Shown piece by piece: positions 11,348 to 21,432 of a stretch of DNA of 64,000 nt (positions within the stretch are counted from its first letter, which is position 1; each line of letters opens with the position of its first letter). Made by a program: the position numbers and the translations under genes. The stretch covers positions 3,456,001 to 3,520,000 of the forward strand of contig OZ252149.1 in the NCBI GenBank assembly GCA_965248755.1. Direction: 5' to 3'. Under the pieces are notes generated by a model that saw only the letters and a program-made list of their open reading frames with translations, did not search any database and was not told the DNA's origin. The stretch is from Candidatus Latescibacterota bacterium. GTDB lineage: Bacteria; Latescibacterota; CBDEFO01.

Positions 11348-12100
11348 GTGGCCGAAAAGATTGAGAGAAATGGGACACATAGCGTAGGCACAAAAATGGA
11401 GCCGTTTGACTTTATGCAGGACGAAATTGCGATAACAATTGACACGTATGATGGGATTGCCGAGGATTACTGTCGGCATACCAGAAAAGAAGCCAAGCAG
11501 GAGCCAAGAGTGCGGGAAGCCACAAGAGAGTATATGGATTACTTCCTAGCGCTAAATTCCAAATCAGATCCCATAATTGCTGATATTGGTTGTGGTGATG
11601 GCAGGGATTCAAAATATATGATTGACAAAGGATATCGAGTATTATCAATAGATGCGTCGATAGGAATGTTACGACAGGCAAAAGGGAAGGTAGAGGATTC
11701 TTTGATGATGGATATACGGGATATTGGGTTAGCTGATATGTCTGTTGATGGTGTTTGGCTCTGCGGGGCTTTGTGGCATCTTCCAAAAAAAGAGTTGCCC
11801 AAGGCAATATGAGAAATTAACAGGATATTGGCTCCTGATGGAGTGTTTTCGTGCAGTTTCAAATTGGGAACTGGTGAAGGTATGGAGGAAAATCCCTCAT
11901 CCTTTCTGGGAGCGCCGAGATACTATTCGTACTATGGTGTATTAGAAATTCTGGATATTATAAGAGAACATGGATTTAGGATTATTTTAACAAGTAGATA
12001 CGATACAAAAGTCTTTGGTCATACAAAATACCAGATATTTTCTCGAAAGGAATTGTCCAATGAACATTATAATCGTTTCCTGCGATTCCTTGCGCCCTGA
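11348..12100 (+). pseudogene. Class I methyltransferase split by an in-frame TGA
   Basis: ORFs at 11348 and 11828 share a frame; PKAI*EINRILAPDGVF with TGA at 11810-11812; DIGCGDGRD motif. Confidence 0.8.
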
Positions 12101-14083
12101 CTTTTTGGGTTGTTATGGACATCCAAGTGCCAAGACCCCTAACATAGACAGAATAGCATCTGAAGGGGTGCTCTTTGAGGAACCCCGGACACAGTATATG
12201 TGTACGGTTCACTCAATTATTGCGATGATGACAGGCTCAAATATTGAGGTGGATGACAAGAACACGCTCTTTGGCATTCTATCGGATAGGGGTTATAAGA
12301 CTTTAAATAGTTTTTATCACAAACCACAATGGGGACACTGCAAGTTGCATCACGCTGAGTTTTGTCAGGAGAGTATTAACGAGTGGATAGATGAAAACCA
12401 GCACGAGAACTTTTTGATGTTGCTCTGGTATCATCAGACACATAGCCCCTACGGTTCAGAGAATCATTGGGGTTCACGGGACTCTGTCAGGCCAACATAC
12501 TTTATTAACCCAATAAGCCGCGAATTTTTGAAGCATCAGCCCAGTATCCCCCCAGAGAGTTTGTGCCAAATGGATATGGAGCAGAAGGATCGAAGATTGT
12601 CCCAGCTTTTTAAGCAGGGCAATATGGAACCAATTGAGAAGGTGTATATAGAAGCGATTGAGGAGGTAGATCGGCAAATAGGGGAAATTGATCAGCATCT
12701 TAGAGACTTAAACCTTGACGAAAAGACTATATTTATCGTAACATCAGATCATGGCCAGGATTTTAATAACCCCGTTGCAAGAGAGGCAGGCCTGAATTTT
12801 CACTATAAAACGCGCTCTAAAGATGCCAGGCGGGTTGTATTGATAATGAGACAGAAGCATTATCAGCCTGCTGGCAAGAGAGTATCTACCGTTGTAAGGC
12901 TTGTGGATTTATTTCCAACGGTGATAGAGATGTTAAATATTGATGTACCAGAAGCTGTTGGCCCTCTCTCAATTGTTGGAAGGAGCCTGATGCCTGTTAT
13001 TAGAGGAAGAGATACCGAAGATCGCCCAGAGCCATGCAGTATAATAGGGACGTTTGAAAACGCCGATACGGAGACTCGGCTAAGAAATCTGGCGGATGAT
13101 TTCACCGTTGTAAAGCTCGGAGACTTGTACATAAGGGAGAATAGACTCGATGAGGCAATAAAACATTACGAAGAAGCTTTAGAGATAAATCCTGATAATT
13201 CCGATGCCTATAACGGTTGGGAATACGCCCTCCTTCAAAGCCGTAATCTGCTATCTGTCCTTGGAAAGATCTATCTTAATAAGAAACGCTACAACGACGC
13301 TATAAGTACCTACCAAGAACTCCTTGAGCAGAGAGAAATAATCGAAAAAGATCCAAATTTCAAGGCCTACGTTATGGACACGAAGTCAAGGAACAGCGCT
13401 ATCAGGGCAACCATTGGTGAGTGCTACCGACTTTTGGGAGACTACGAAAAGGCTATAGATTATTTGAAAAACGCTATTGCCCAGGATGACCAGCATCTCG
13501 ACCTCTACAAAAGCCTTGCTTTCTGTTATATTGAGACGGGGGAATTACCTGACGCCCGGCGTACGCTTGATAGAGTAGCTGCAGTTGGAATAGCTGACGA
13601 TTTTGTCTTTGTAAAGCTTGGAGACTTGTACATAAGGGAGAACAGACTCGATGAGGCAATAAAACAGTACGAAGAAGCTTTAGAGATAAATCCTGATAAT
13701 TCCAATGCCTATAATGGCTGGGGATACATCCTCCTTATGAAAGGCCAAGAGGAGGATGCAGATTTGAAATTTTCAAAGGCACTTGAGCTTAATCCCAACC
13801 ACGAACGGGCTCATTTCAATCTTATGAAGCTGAAGTTCGCCCAGGGGGCACACCAGGAGACACTGGAACAGATTGATAAGTTAGTGTCGTTGGAACCCCA
13901 AAGCGCTGAAATATACAGAGAATCTGGAAACATCTGCGTCAGGCTTGGAAAGTACGAGAAAGCTATTGAACTGTACGAAGAATGCATCCGACAAGATCCG
14001 ACAGACAAAGTTACTATGTCCAACGTTGCCTCCTGCCATACCGCTCCCCTTGACAGAGCGACAAATATTTCGCAAATTGGGGT

Positions 14084-14413
14084 TTGAGAAGGGAGGTCAA
14101 GGTGTCGAGCCCCGAAGTGAAAGATGGTAAGCGCTGGACGGCGACCCGTAAGGGAGAGATTGTGTTGGCTCTTTTGAGAGGAGCAGATCTATCTGAGGTG
14201 TGTCGTAAGAATGGAATTAGCCAGTCGCAGGCGTATGCTTGGCGTGATAGTTTCTTAGAAGGGGGCCAGGAGAGTCTGAAGTCTCGGCGTGGTCGCAAGG
14301 ATCCGAAGGAGCGAGAGGTTAGCCGGTTGGAGCGCAAGGTAGGGCAGTTGACGCTCCAGTTGGAGATACTCGAAGAGGTAGCCCGTCTAAAAAAAACGAA
14401 GCGGTTGCCTTGA
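14084..14413 (+). CDS. IS3-family transposase OrfA
   Basis: Translation identical to 3458-3787. Confidence 0.9.
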   Translation: MRREVKVSSPEVKDGKRWTATRKGEIVLALLRGADLSEVCRKNGISQSQAYAWRDSFLEGGQESLKSRRGRKDPKEREVSRLERKVGQLTLQLEILEEVARLKKTKRLP

Positions 14414-15273
14414 GTGGGCGGTTTTTGGGTCGAGGCTATTCCCGCAAGGTGGTAGCTTTGGCTTTGGGTTTGCATCGTTCGACTCTGTATAGGTTTAGGG
14501 ATAGAGGTGTCAGTTCTTCTGTTAAAGAGCCTGTGATAGATGAGGAGCTTGCTTTTCGTATTCGAGGGATACTGGACCAAGAAGAGGCATTTGGTCACAG
14601 GCGGGTTTGGGCGCATCTTCGTTTCAAGGAAGGGGAATGTGTCAACGTTAAGAAGGTTCATAGGATAATGAAGCTTAAGGGGTGGCAGTGTAAGCTGTGG
14701 AATCGTCCCGGGAGAAAGGGGCCACAGGTTGCCCAGAAGCGTTCTGTGGTGGATAGTCCCGACAGTTTGTGGTCGAGTGACTTGACAAAGATTTACTGTG
14801 GAAAAGATGGTTGGTGTCCTCTTATTGCGGTGGTGGACAACGGAAGCCGGGAGGTTCCTGGGTATCGTTTTAGTCGAAAAGGGAGGGCACTGGAGGCCAC
14901 AGATGCCCTGGATCGGGCCGTGATCTCTCGATACACTTCCAAGGAGGCTGTCCCCCAGGGTCTCACTTTGCGCTCTGACAATGGTTCCATCTTTTTGGCT
15001 CGGGCCTATTTGGCCAGTACCGAATATTGGGGAATTCGTCAGGAATACATACCAAGTGGTAAACCCGATTGGAACGGTGTTGTAGAGCGTTTTTTCAGGA
15101 CCCTCAAGCAAGAGTGTGTTTGGCTTCACAAGTTTGAATCCTTTGAACAGGCTGAGAAGATCATATCTCAGTGGATCGATAATTACAACAAGAACAGGCT
15201 TCATTCATCCCTGGGATATAAGACCCCAAAAGAGTGGAGAAAACAATTTTATCTACTACCCCAGGTTGCTTAA
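14410..15273 (+). CDS. IS3-family transposase OrfB
   Basis: Translation identical to 3784-4647. Confidence 0.95.
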   Translation: MSGRFLGRGYSRKVVALALGLHRSTLYRFRDRGVSSSVKEPVIDEELAFRIRGILDQEEAFGHRRVWAHLRFKEGECVNVKKVHRIMKLKGWQCKLWNRPGRKGPQVAQKRSVVDSPDSLWSSDLTKIYCGKDGWCPLIAVVDNGSREVPGYRFSRKGRALEATDALDRAVISRYTSKEAVPQGLTLRSDNGSIFLARAYLASTEYWGIRQEYIPSGKPDWNGVVERFFRTLKQECVWLHKFESFEQAEKIISQWIDNYNKNRLHSSLGYKTPKEWRKQFYLLPQVA

Positions 15274-15544
15274 TTGGTGTCGCTTTCCTGGGAAGCAGTA
15301 CACTGCTACGCGAAACTCAGGGATTTAGAATCCGCCCAGATGGCGTATCAGAACGCTCTTAGCATTGACCCTGATTACAGCGAGGCATCGTGCAACCTCA
15401 AAGTGATTGAAAACGCCATAGCTGAACTCGGTGAAGAGAAGATGGCAGATGCCGCCTCGTAGTATATAGATCGACAGGATAGTTTACGAAAACTCATAAC
15501 AGGAAGAACAAAAAGACTGTGCCCTTATCAGGAAAGTATCTCGG

Positions 15545-17500
15545 ATGATACATAGCATAAGAAATTTAGGATTCTTTGAAGATCATAAGATAGAACTTAA
15601 TTCTGTGGTTGATCTCGGGGCTCATCACGGTGAAGTAGCGATATACTTTGCCCAAAGTAATCCTTCGGCAAGGATTCTGGCTGTTGAAGGATCGAGTCAA
15701 AGTTTTGCTATCCTCAAGGAGAATGTTGAAAGACAGAACCTCTTAAGTAACAACATCATTTTAGTAAATGAAGCCATATCGGATAGAGCAGGTGTTGTCG
15801 ATATGACATTAGATAGAGGAGGCGAAAATACGATTGTTTTAGATGAAAAAAAGCGATGGCGTTATCACCCATGGTTGAAGCCCTTCCGAAAAGAAAATTT
15901 GAGGACCGAAAAGGTCAAAAGCGATACACTTTCAAATCTGTTGAAACGATATAATTTTGATTATGTTGATTTCATGAAGGTTGATATTGAGGGAGTTGAA
16001 CCCTTGCTCTATGAAAGTTTAGAGAAGGATTCTTCAATCATCAAATCAATCTTTATTGAACTCGGCTCTTTAAAGACCCTTGATGGTGATCATAGATTAA
16101 TGGGACTACTGTTTAGGAAAGATTTTAAGTGTTTTGATCTATGGGGGACAGAGTTAAAAAGTTTAGATGTAGCTAAGGAGTATTTGTACAAAGGATGGAT
16201 AAATAAGGAATCGATCCCAAATCTTTGGTTTCTCCAGGGAAAACACAGCAAAAAGAGCTATCACAGCAGCTTTAAGAGCCTCGAAAGGCAGATAGAAGAG
16301 GATCCTAACAACACCTTAGCCTGGTACAACCTGAATCAAATCTTGCGCGACAAAGGAGAATTTGACAAAGCTGTCGAAAATGGAATTCGCGCTCTTTCTT
16401 TCAAACCCTATGAGGAGGACCGGAAAACCTATCTTATGCTCCTCTTCAACACAGCCTACTGCTGCCTTATGAGTGGACACTTGGACGAAGGCGAGAGATT
16501 GTGCCAAGAAGGTTTAACGTACAACCCTCAAAGTCTCAATCTGCTATCTTTCCTTTCTGTCCTTGGAGGTATCTATTTTAATAAAAAACGCTACAACGAC
16601 GCTATAAGTACCTACCAAGAATTCCTTAAGCAGAGAGAAATAATCGAAAAAGATCCAAATTTCAAGGCCTACGTTATGGATACGAGGTCAAGGAAGAGCG
16701 CTATCAGGGCAACCATTGGTGAGTGCTACCGACTTTTGGGAGACTACCAGAAGGCTATAGATTATCTGAAGAACGCTATTACCCAGGACGACCAGCATCT
16801 CGACCTCTACAAAAATCTTGCTCTCTGTTATATTCTGATGGGCGAATTGCCTGGTGCCCGGTGTACCCTTGAAAGGGCGGTTGAAGTTGGAATAGCCGAC
16901 GATCGCACCTTTGTAAAGCTCGGAGACTTGTACATAAGGGAGAAGAGACTCGATGAGGCAATAAAACAGTACGAAGAAGCTTTAGAGATAAATCCTGATA
17001 ATTCCGATGCCTATAACGGTAGGGGATACGCTCTCCTTATGAAAGGCCAAAAGGAGGATGCAGATTTGAAATTTTCAAAGGCTCTTGAGCTTAATCCCAA
17101 CCACGAACGCGCTTGCTTCAATTTTGTGAAGCTGAAGTTCTCCCAGGGGGCACACCAGGAGACACTGGAACAGATTGATAAGTTAGTGTCGTTGGAACCC
17201 CAAAGCGCTGAAATATACAGAGAAGCTGGAAACATCTGCGTCCAGCTTGGAAAGTACGAGAAAGCTATTGATCTGTACGAAGAATGTATCATACAAGATC
17301 CTACAGACAAAGTTACTATGTCCAACGTTGCCTCCTGCTACGCGAAACTTGGGCATTTAGAATCCGCCCAGATGGCGTATCAGACTGTTCTCAGCATTGA
17401 TCCTAACTACGCCGAGGCAACCCGCAGCCTCAAGGTAGTTGAAGACTTGATAACCAAATACGGAATTGGCGAACAGAGTATGGTTGATGCCGCCTTGTAG
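15545..17500 (+). CDS. FkbM-family methyltransferase + TPR repeats
   Basis: VVDLGAHHG, ILAVEG, DFMKVDIEG; TPR tail near-identical to that of the 12060 gene. Confidence 0.88.
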   Translation: MIHSIRNLGFFEDHKIELNSVVDLGAHHGEVAIYFAQSNPSARILAVEGSSQSFAILKENVERQNLLSNNIILVNEAISDRAGVVDMTLDRGGENTIVLDEKKRWRYHPWLKPFRKENLRTEKVKSDTLSNLLKRYNFDYVDFMKVDIEGVEPLLYESLEKDSSIIKSIFIELGSLKTLDGDHRLMGLLFRKDFKCFDLWGTELKSLDVAKEYLYKGWINKESIPNLWFLQGKHSKKSYHSSFKSLERQIEEDPNNTLAWYNLNQILRDKGEFDKAVENGIRALSFKPYEEDRKTYLMLLFNTAYCCLMSGHLDEGERLCQEGLTYNPQSLNLLSFLSVLGGIYFNKKRYNDAISTYQEFLKQREIIEKDPNFKAYVMDTRSRKSAIRATIGECYRLLGDYQKAIDYLKNAITQDDQHLDLYKNLALCYILMGELPGARCTLERAVEVGIADDRTFVKLGDLYIREKRLDEAIKQYEEALEINPDNSDAYNGRGYALLMKGQKEDADLKFSKALELNPNHERACFNFVKLKFSQGAHQETLEQIDKLVSLEPQSAEIYREAGNICVQLGKYEKAIDLYEECIIQDPTDKVTMSNVASCYAKLGHLESAQMAYQTVLSIDPNYAEATRSLKVVEDLITKYGIGEQSMVDAAL

Positions 17501-18938
17501 CCAGTTGAGCTATCGAAATTGGGTTCGTTCAACATGTGGGGTTTAATTCTAGAGATTGATGCCGATGCATGCCGTTGTAATTGTTGTTGGGAAAAACCAT
17601 GGATAGGGGTAAGACATGCAAGAGTGTCACAGTATTGAGAATTTCTTTGCAAAACACAAAATAGAACTCAGGTCAGTTGTTGATATTGGAGCCGAGATCG
17701 GCAAAATTACTCTTTACTGTGCAGAAAAAAACCCCAAAGCGAGAATTTTGGCTATTGAAGGATCAAGTCGAAATTTTTCTGTTCTTCAGAAGAATATTCA
17801 GAGATCTGGCTTTAACAATATTATCTTAATAAATAAGCTTGTTTCAGATAGAGTAGACACGATTGACGTGTCTACTGGCAGAGGATCAGAAAATACCATT
17901 ATTTTAGATAAAAGAAATTTGAGGATAAGATATGAACCCCAAACAGAGAAAGTTCAATCAGATACACTATCAAATTTGTTGAGACAACATAATTTTGATT
18001 ATGTTGATTTCATGAAGATCGATATTGAGGGAGGTGAACCATTACTTTATGAAAGCTTAAAAAGGTATGCATCGGATATAAAATCCCTATTTATCGAATT
18101 TGGCTATATGAATACAAAAGATAGCTATTTTTCACTATTAGAACTATTATTCGAAAAAGGATTTTTGTGTTTTAAGGACTTTGGTGAAGAATTAACAACC
18201 CTTAAAGAAGCCCAAAAATATTTTAGTGAAAAATGGGATATTAGAGAAATTACCAACCTTTGGTTCTTACAGAAAAAGCACGCTAATATTACTTCTCAAA
18301 ATCAACGAACCCTATCAGATTGCATGATCGTCAAAGACGAAGAAGAGTTCATGTCTAGGCGCATTGAAAGCTTCGAAAAGCAGATAGAAGAAAATCCCAA
18401 CAACACGTTTGCATGGTTAAACTTCAATCAAATCTTGCGCGACAAGGGAGAATTCAACAGAGCTGTCGAAAATGGAAAGCACGCTCTTTCTCTTGAATCC
18501 TACGAAGAGGACCCAGGAACTTATCTCATGTTGCTCGACGATACAGTTTACTGCTGTCTTATGAGTGGACGCTTGGACGAAGGCGAAAAACTGTGCCAAG
18601 AGGGTTTAAAGCATAATCGTAAAAACCTCGATTTGCTATGCACCCTTGCAAATATCTATTTTAGGAAAAAACGCTACGATGACGCTATAAATGCCTATCA
18701 AGAATTCCTCAAGCAGAGAGAAATAGCGGAAAAAAGTCCAAACGTTTACTCCCATATTGTGATCACGTGGTCATTCCAGAGTATTGTCAGGAACAACATC
18801 GCTCAGTGCTACCGGCTTTTGGGAGACTACGAAAAGGCTATAGATTATCTGAAAAACGCTATTGCCCAGGACGACCAGCCTCTCGACCTCTACAAGAGCC
18901 TCGCTTTCTTGTACTGCTTCCCAGGAAAGCGACACCAA

Positions 18939-19802
18939 TTAAGCAACCTGGGGTAGTAGATAAAATTGTTTTCTCCACTCTTTTGGGGTCTTATATCCCA
19001 GGGATGAATGAAGCCTGTTCTTGTTGTAATTATCGATCCACTGAGATATGATCTTCTCAGCCTGTTCAAAGGATTCAAACTTGTGAAGCCAAACACACTC
19101 TTGCTTGAGGGTCCTGAAAAAACGCTCTACAACACCGTTCCAATCGGGTTTACCACTTGGTATGTATTCCTGACGAATTCCCCAATATTCGGTACTGGCC
19201 AAATAGGCCCGAGCCAAAAAGATGGAACCATTGTCAGAGCGCAAAGTGAGACCCTGGGGGACAGCCTCCTTGGAAGTGTATCGAGAGATCACGGCCCGAT
19301 CCAGGGCATCTGTGGCCTCCAGTGCCCTCCCTTTTCGACTAAAACGATACCCAGGAACCTCCCGGCTTCCGTTGTCCACCACCGCAATAAGAGGACACCA
19401 ACCATCTTTTCCACAGTAAATCTTTGTCAAGTCACTCGACCACAAACTGTCGGGACTATCCACCACAGAACGCTTCTGGGCAACCTGTGGCCCCTTTCTC
19501 CCGGGACGATTCCACAGCTTACACTGCCACCCCTTAAGCTTCATTATCCTATGAACCTTCTTAACGTTGACACATTCCCCTTCCTTGAAACGAAGATGCG
19601 CCCAAACCCGCCTGTGACCAAATGCCTCTTCTTGGTCCAGTATCCCTCGAATACGAAAAGCAAGCTCCTCATCTATCACAGGCTCTTTAACAGAAGAACT
19701 GACACCTCTATCCCTAAACCTATACAGAGTCGAACGATGCAAACCCAAAGCCAAAGCTACCACCTTGCGGGAATAGCCTCGACCCAAAAACCGCCCACTC
19801 AA
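18939..19802 (-). CDS. IS3-family transposase OrfB
   Basis: Translation identical to the other copies. Confidence 0.95.
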   Translation of the reverse strand: MSGRFLGRGYSRKVVALALGLHRSTLYRFRDRGVSSSVKEPVIDEELAFRIRGILDQEEAFGHRRVWAHLRFKEGECVNVKKVHRIMKLKGWQCKLWNRPGRKGPQVAQKRSVVDSPDSLWSSDLTKIYCGKDGWCPLIAVVDNGSREVPGYRFSRKGRALEATDALDRAVISRYTSKEAVPQGLTLRSDNGSIFLARAYLASTEYWGIRQEYIPSGKPDWNGVVERFFRTLKQECVWLHKFESFEQAEKIISQWIDNYNKNRLHSSLGYKTPKEWRKQFYLLPQVA

Positions 19803-20128
19803 GGCAACCGCTTCGTTTTTTTTAGACGGGCTACCTCTTCGAGTATCTCCAACTGGAGCGTCAACTGCCCTACCTTGCGCTCCAACCGGCTAACCTCTCG
19901 CTCCTTCGGATCCTTGCGACCACGCCGAGACTTCAGACTCTCCTGGCCCCCTTCTAAGAAACTATCACGCCAAGCATACGCCTGCGACTGGCTAATTCCA
20001 TTCTTACGACACACCTCAGATAGATCTGCTCCTCTCAAAAGAGCCAACACAATCTCTCCCTTACGGGTCGCCGTCCAGCGCTTACCATCTTTCACTTCGG
20101 GGCTCGACACCTTGACCTCCCTTCTCAA
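19799..20128 (-). CDS. IS3-family transposase OrfA
   Basis: Translation identical to the other copies. Confidence 0.9.
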   Translation of the reverse strand: MRREVKVSSPEVKDGKRWTATRKGEIVLALLRGADLSEVCRKNGISQSQAYAWRDSFLEGGQESLKSRRGRKDPKEREVSRLERKVGQLTLQLEILEEVARLKKTKRLP

Positions 20129-21432
20129 ACCCCAATTTGCGAAATATTTGTCGCTCTGTCAAGGGGAGCGGTATGTTCTGTTATATGGAGTCAGGGAAAT
20201 TACCTAACGCCGAGCGTGTGCTTGAAAGCGCTGTTGAAGCTGGAATAGCCGACGATCCCACCTTTGTAATGGCTGAAGTTTACAAAGATGCTGGAGATAT
20301 CTGCGTCAAACTCGAAAGGTACGAGAAAGCTATTGATTTGTACGAAGGATGCATCAGACGGGATCCTACAGACAAAGTCACTTTGTCAAACATGGCCTCC
20401 TGCTACGCAAAACTTGGGCATTTAGAATCGGCGAAGATGGCGTATCAGACTGCTCTCAGCATTGATCCTAACTACACCGAGGCAGCCCGGAACCTCAGGG
20501 TTATAGACAACGCCATAGCTAAACTCGGCGAAGAGAAGATGGCAGATGCCACATCATAAATAAGTAAACAGTAGGTAGTAAGCAGGGTATTCTCCCCTCC
20601 CTGTATGCTGTCTACCTATGTTTGCTGGCTACCAAAAATGAGACCCACAATTTCCCTTTGCATGATCGTCAAAGATGAGGAGGAACACCTCGGAGCCTGC
20701 CTGGAGAGCGTCCTGGGCGTTGTCGATGAGATGATAGTAGTGGATACTGGCTCGACCGACCTCACTGCCCAGATAGCCGAAAGCCATAGAGCTAAAGTCT
20801 ACCATCATTCCTGGAAGGACAACTTTTCGGAAGCCAGAAATTATTCCATCGGCTGTGCATCCTCAGATTGGATACTTCAACTGGACGCCGACGAAGAGTT
20901 TGAAAAAGACGATCTTCCCATCCTGAAGAACGCAGTTGAATCCGACCTGTACAACGCTGTTTTTTTGGCCATATACAACGACCTCCCCCAAGGCAGATCC
21001 AAATTCTACTATCCCAGATTGTACAGAAGGGGCAAGGCCCACTACGAAGGCATAGTACACAACCAACTCATCTATGAGGGCAAAGGCCTACACAGTGAAA
21101 TAAGGATATATCATAAAGGGTATAACCTGGGCCATAAAAAGACAATGCAAAAAACTGAAAGGAGCAGAAAGCTTCTTGAAAAGCAGCTTCAAGACGATCC
21201 TGATAACATCTTTGCGTGGCACAATCTCATAAGGATATACAGGAACCGAAAAGAGTTTGAGCTTGTCCTCCGATACGGGGAAGATGTTCTTGACAGGATT
21301 CCCTACGAAAAAGACCCTAACTTCTACCTTATGATACTCTACGACGTCGCCTTTTCTTACCTTCACCTTTCCAACTACGAGAAAGCGGAAAAGTTTTGTC
21401 TTTCTGCCCTTGATAAGAAGGACAACTATATA

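Larger units (their letters stand above)
14037..15302 (+). mobile_element. IS3-family insertion sequence, copy 2 (target duplication CTGC)
   Basis: Same ends, length and proteins as copy 1; CTGC at 14033-14036 and 15303-15306. Confidence 0.96.
12060..15462 (+). pseudogene. Sulfatase/alkaline-phosphatase-superfamily domain + TPR tail, interrupted near the 3' end by IS copy 2
   Basis: MNIIIVSCDSLRPD, TPNIDRIA, HQTHSPY, VTSDHGQ; removing the IS restores NVASC|YAKL as in the intact paralog near 17330. Confidence 0.85.
18910..20175 (-). mobile_element. IS3-family insertion sequence, copy 3, inverted (target duplication TTCT)
   Basis: TGTACTGCTTCCC at 18910, GGGGAGCGGTATG ending at 20175; TTCT at 18906-18909 and 20176-20179. 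Confidence 0.96.
17616..20559 (+). pseudogene. FkbM-family methyltransferase + TPR, interrupted by IS copy 3
   Basis: VVDIGAEIG, FMKIDIEGGE; removing the IS restores KSLAF|CYMESG, matching the paralog KSLAFCYIETG. Confidence 0.85.
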
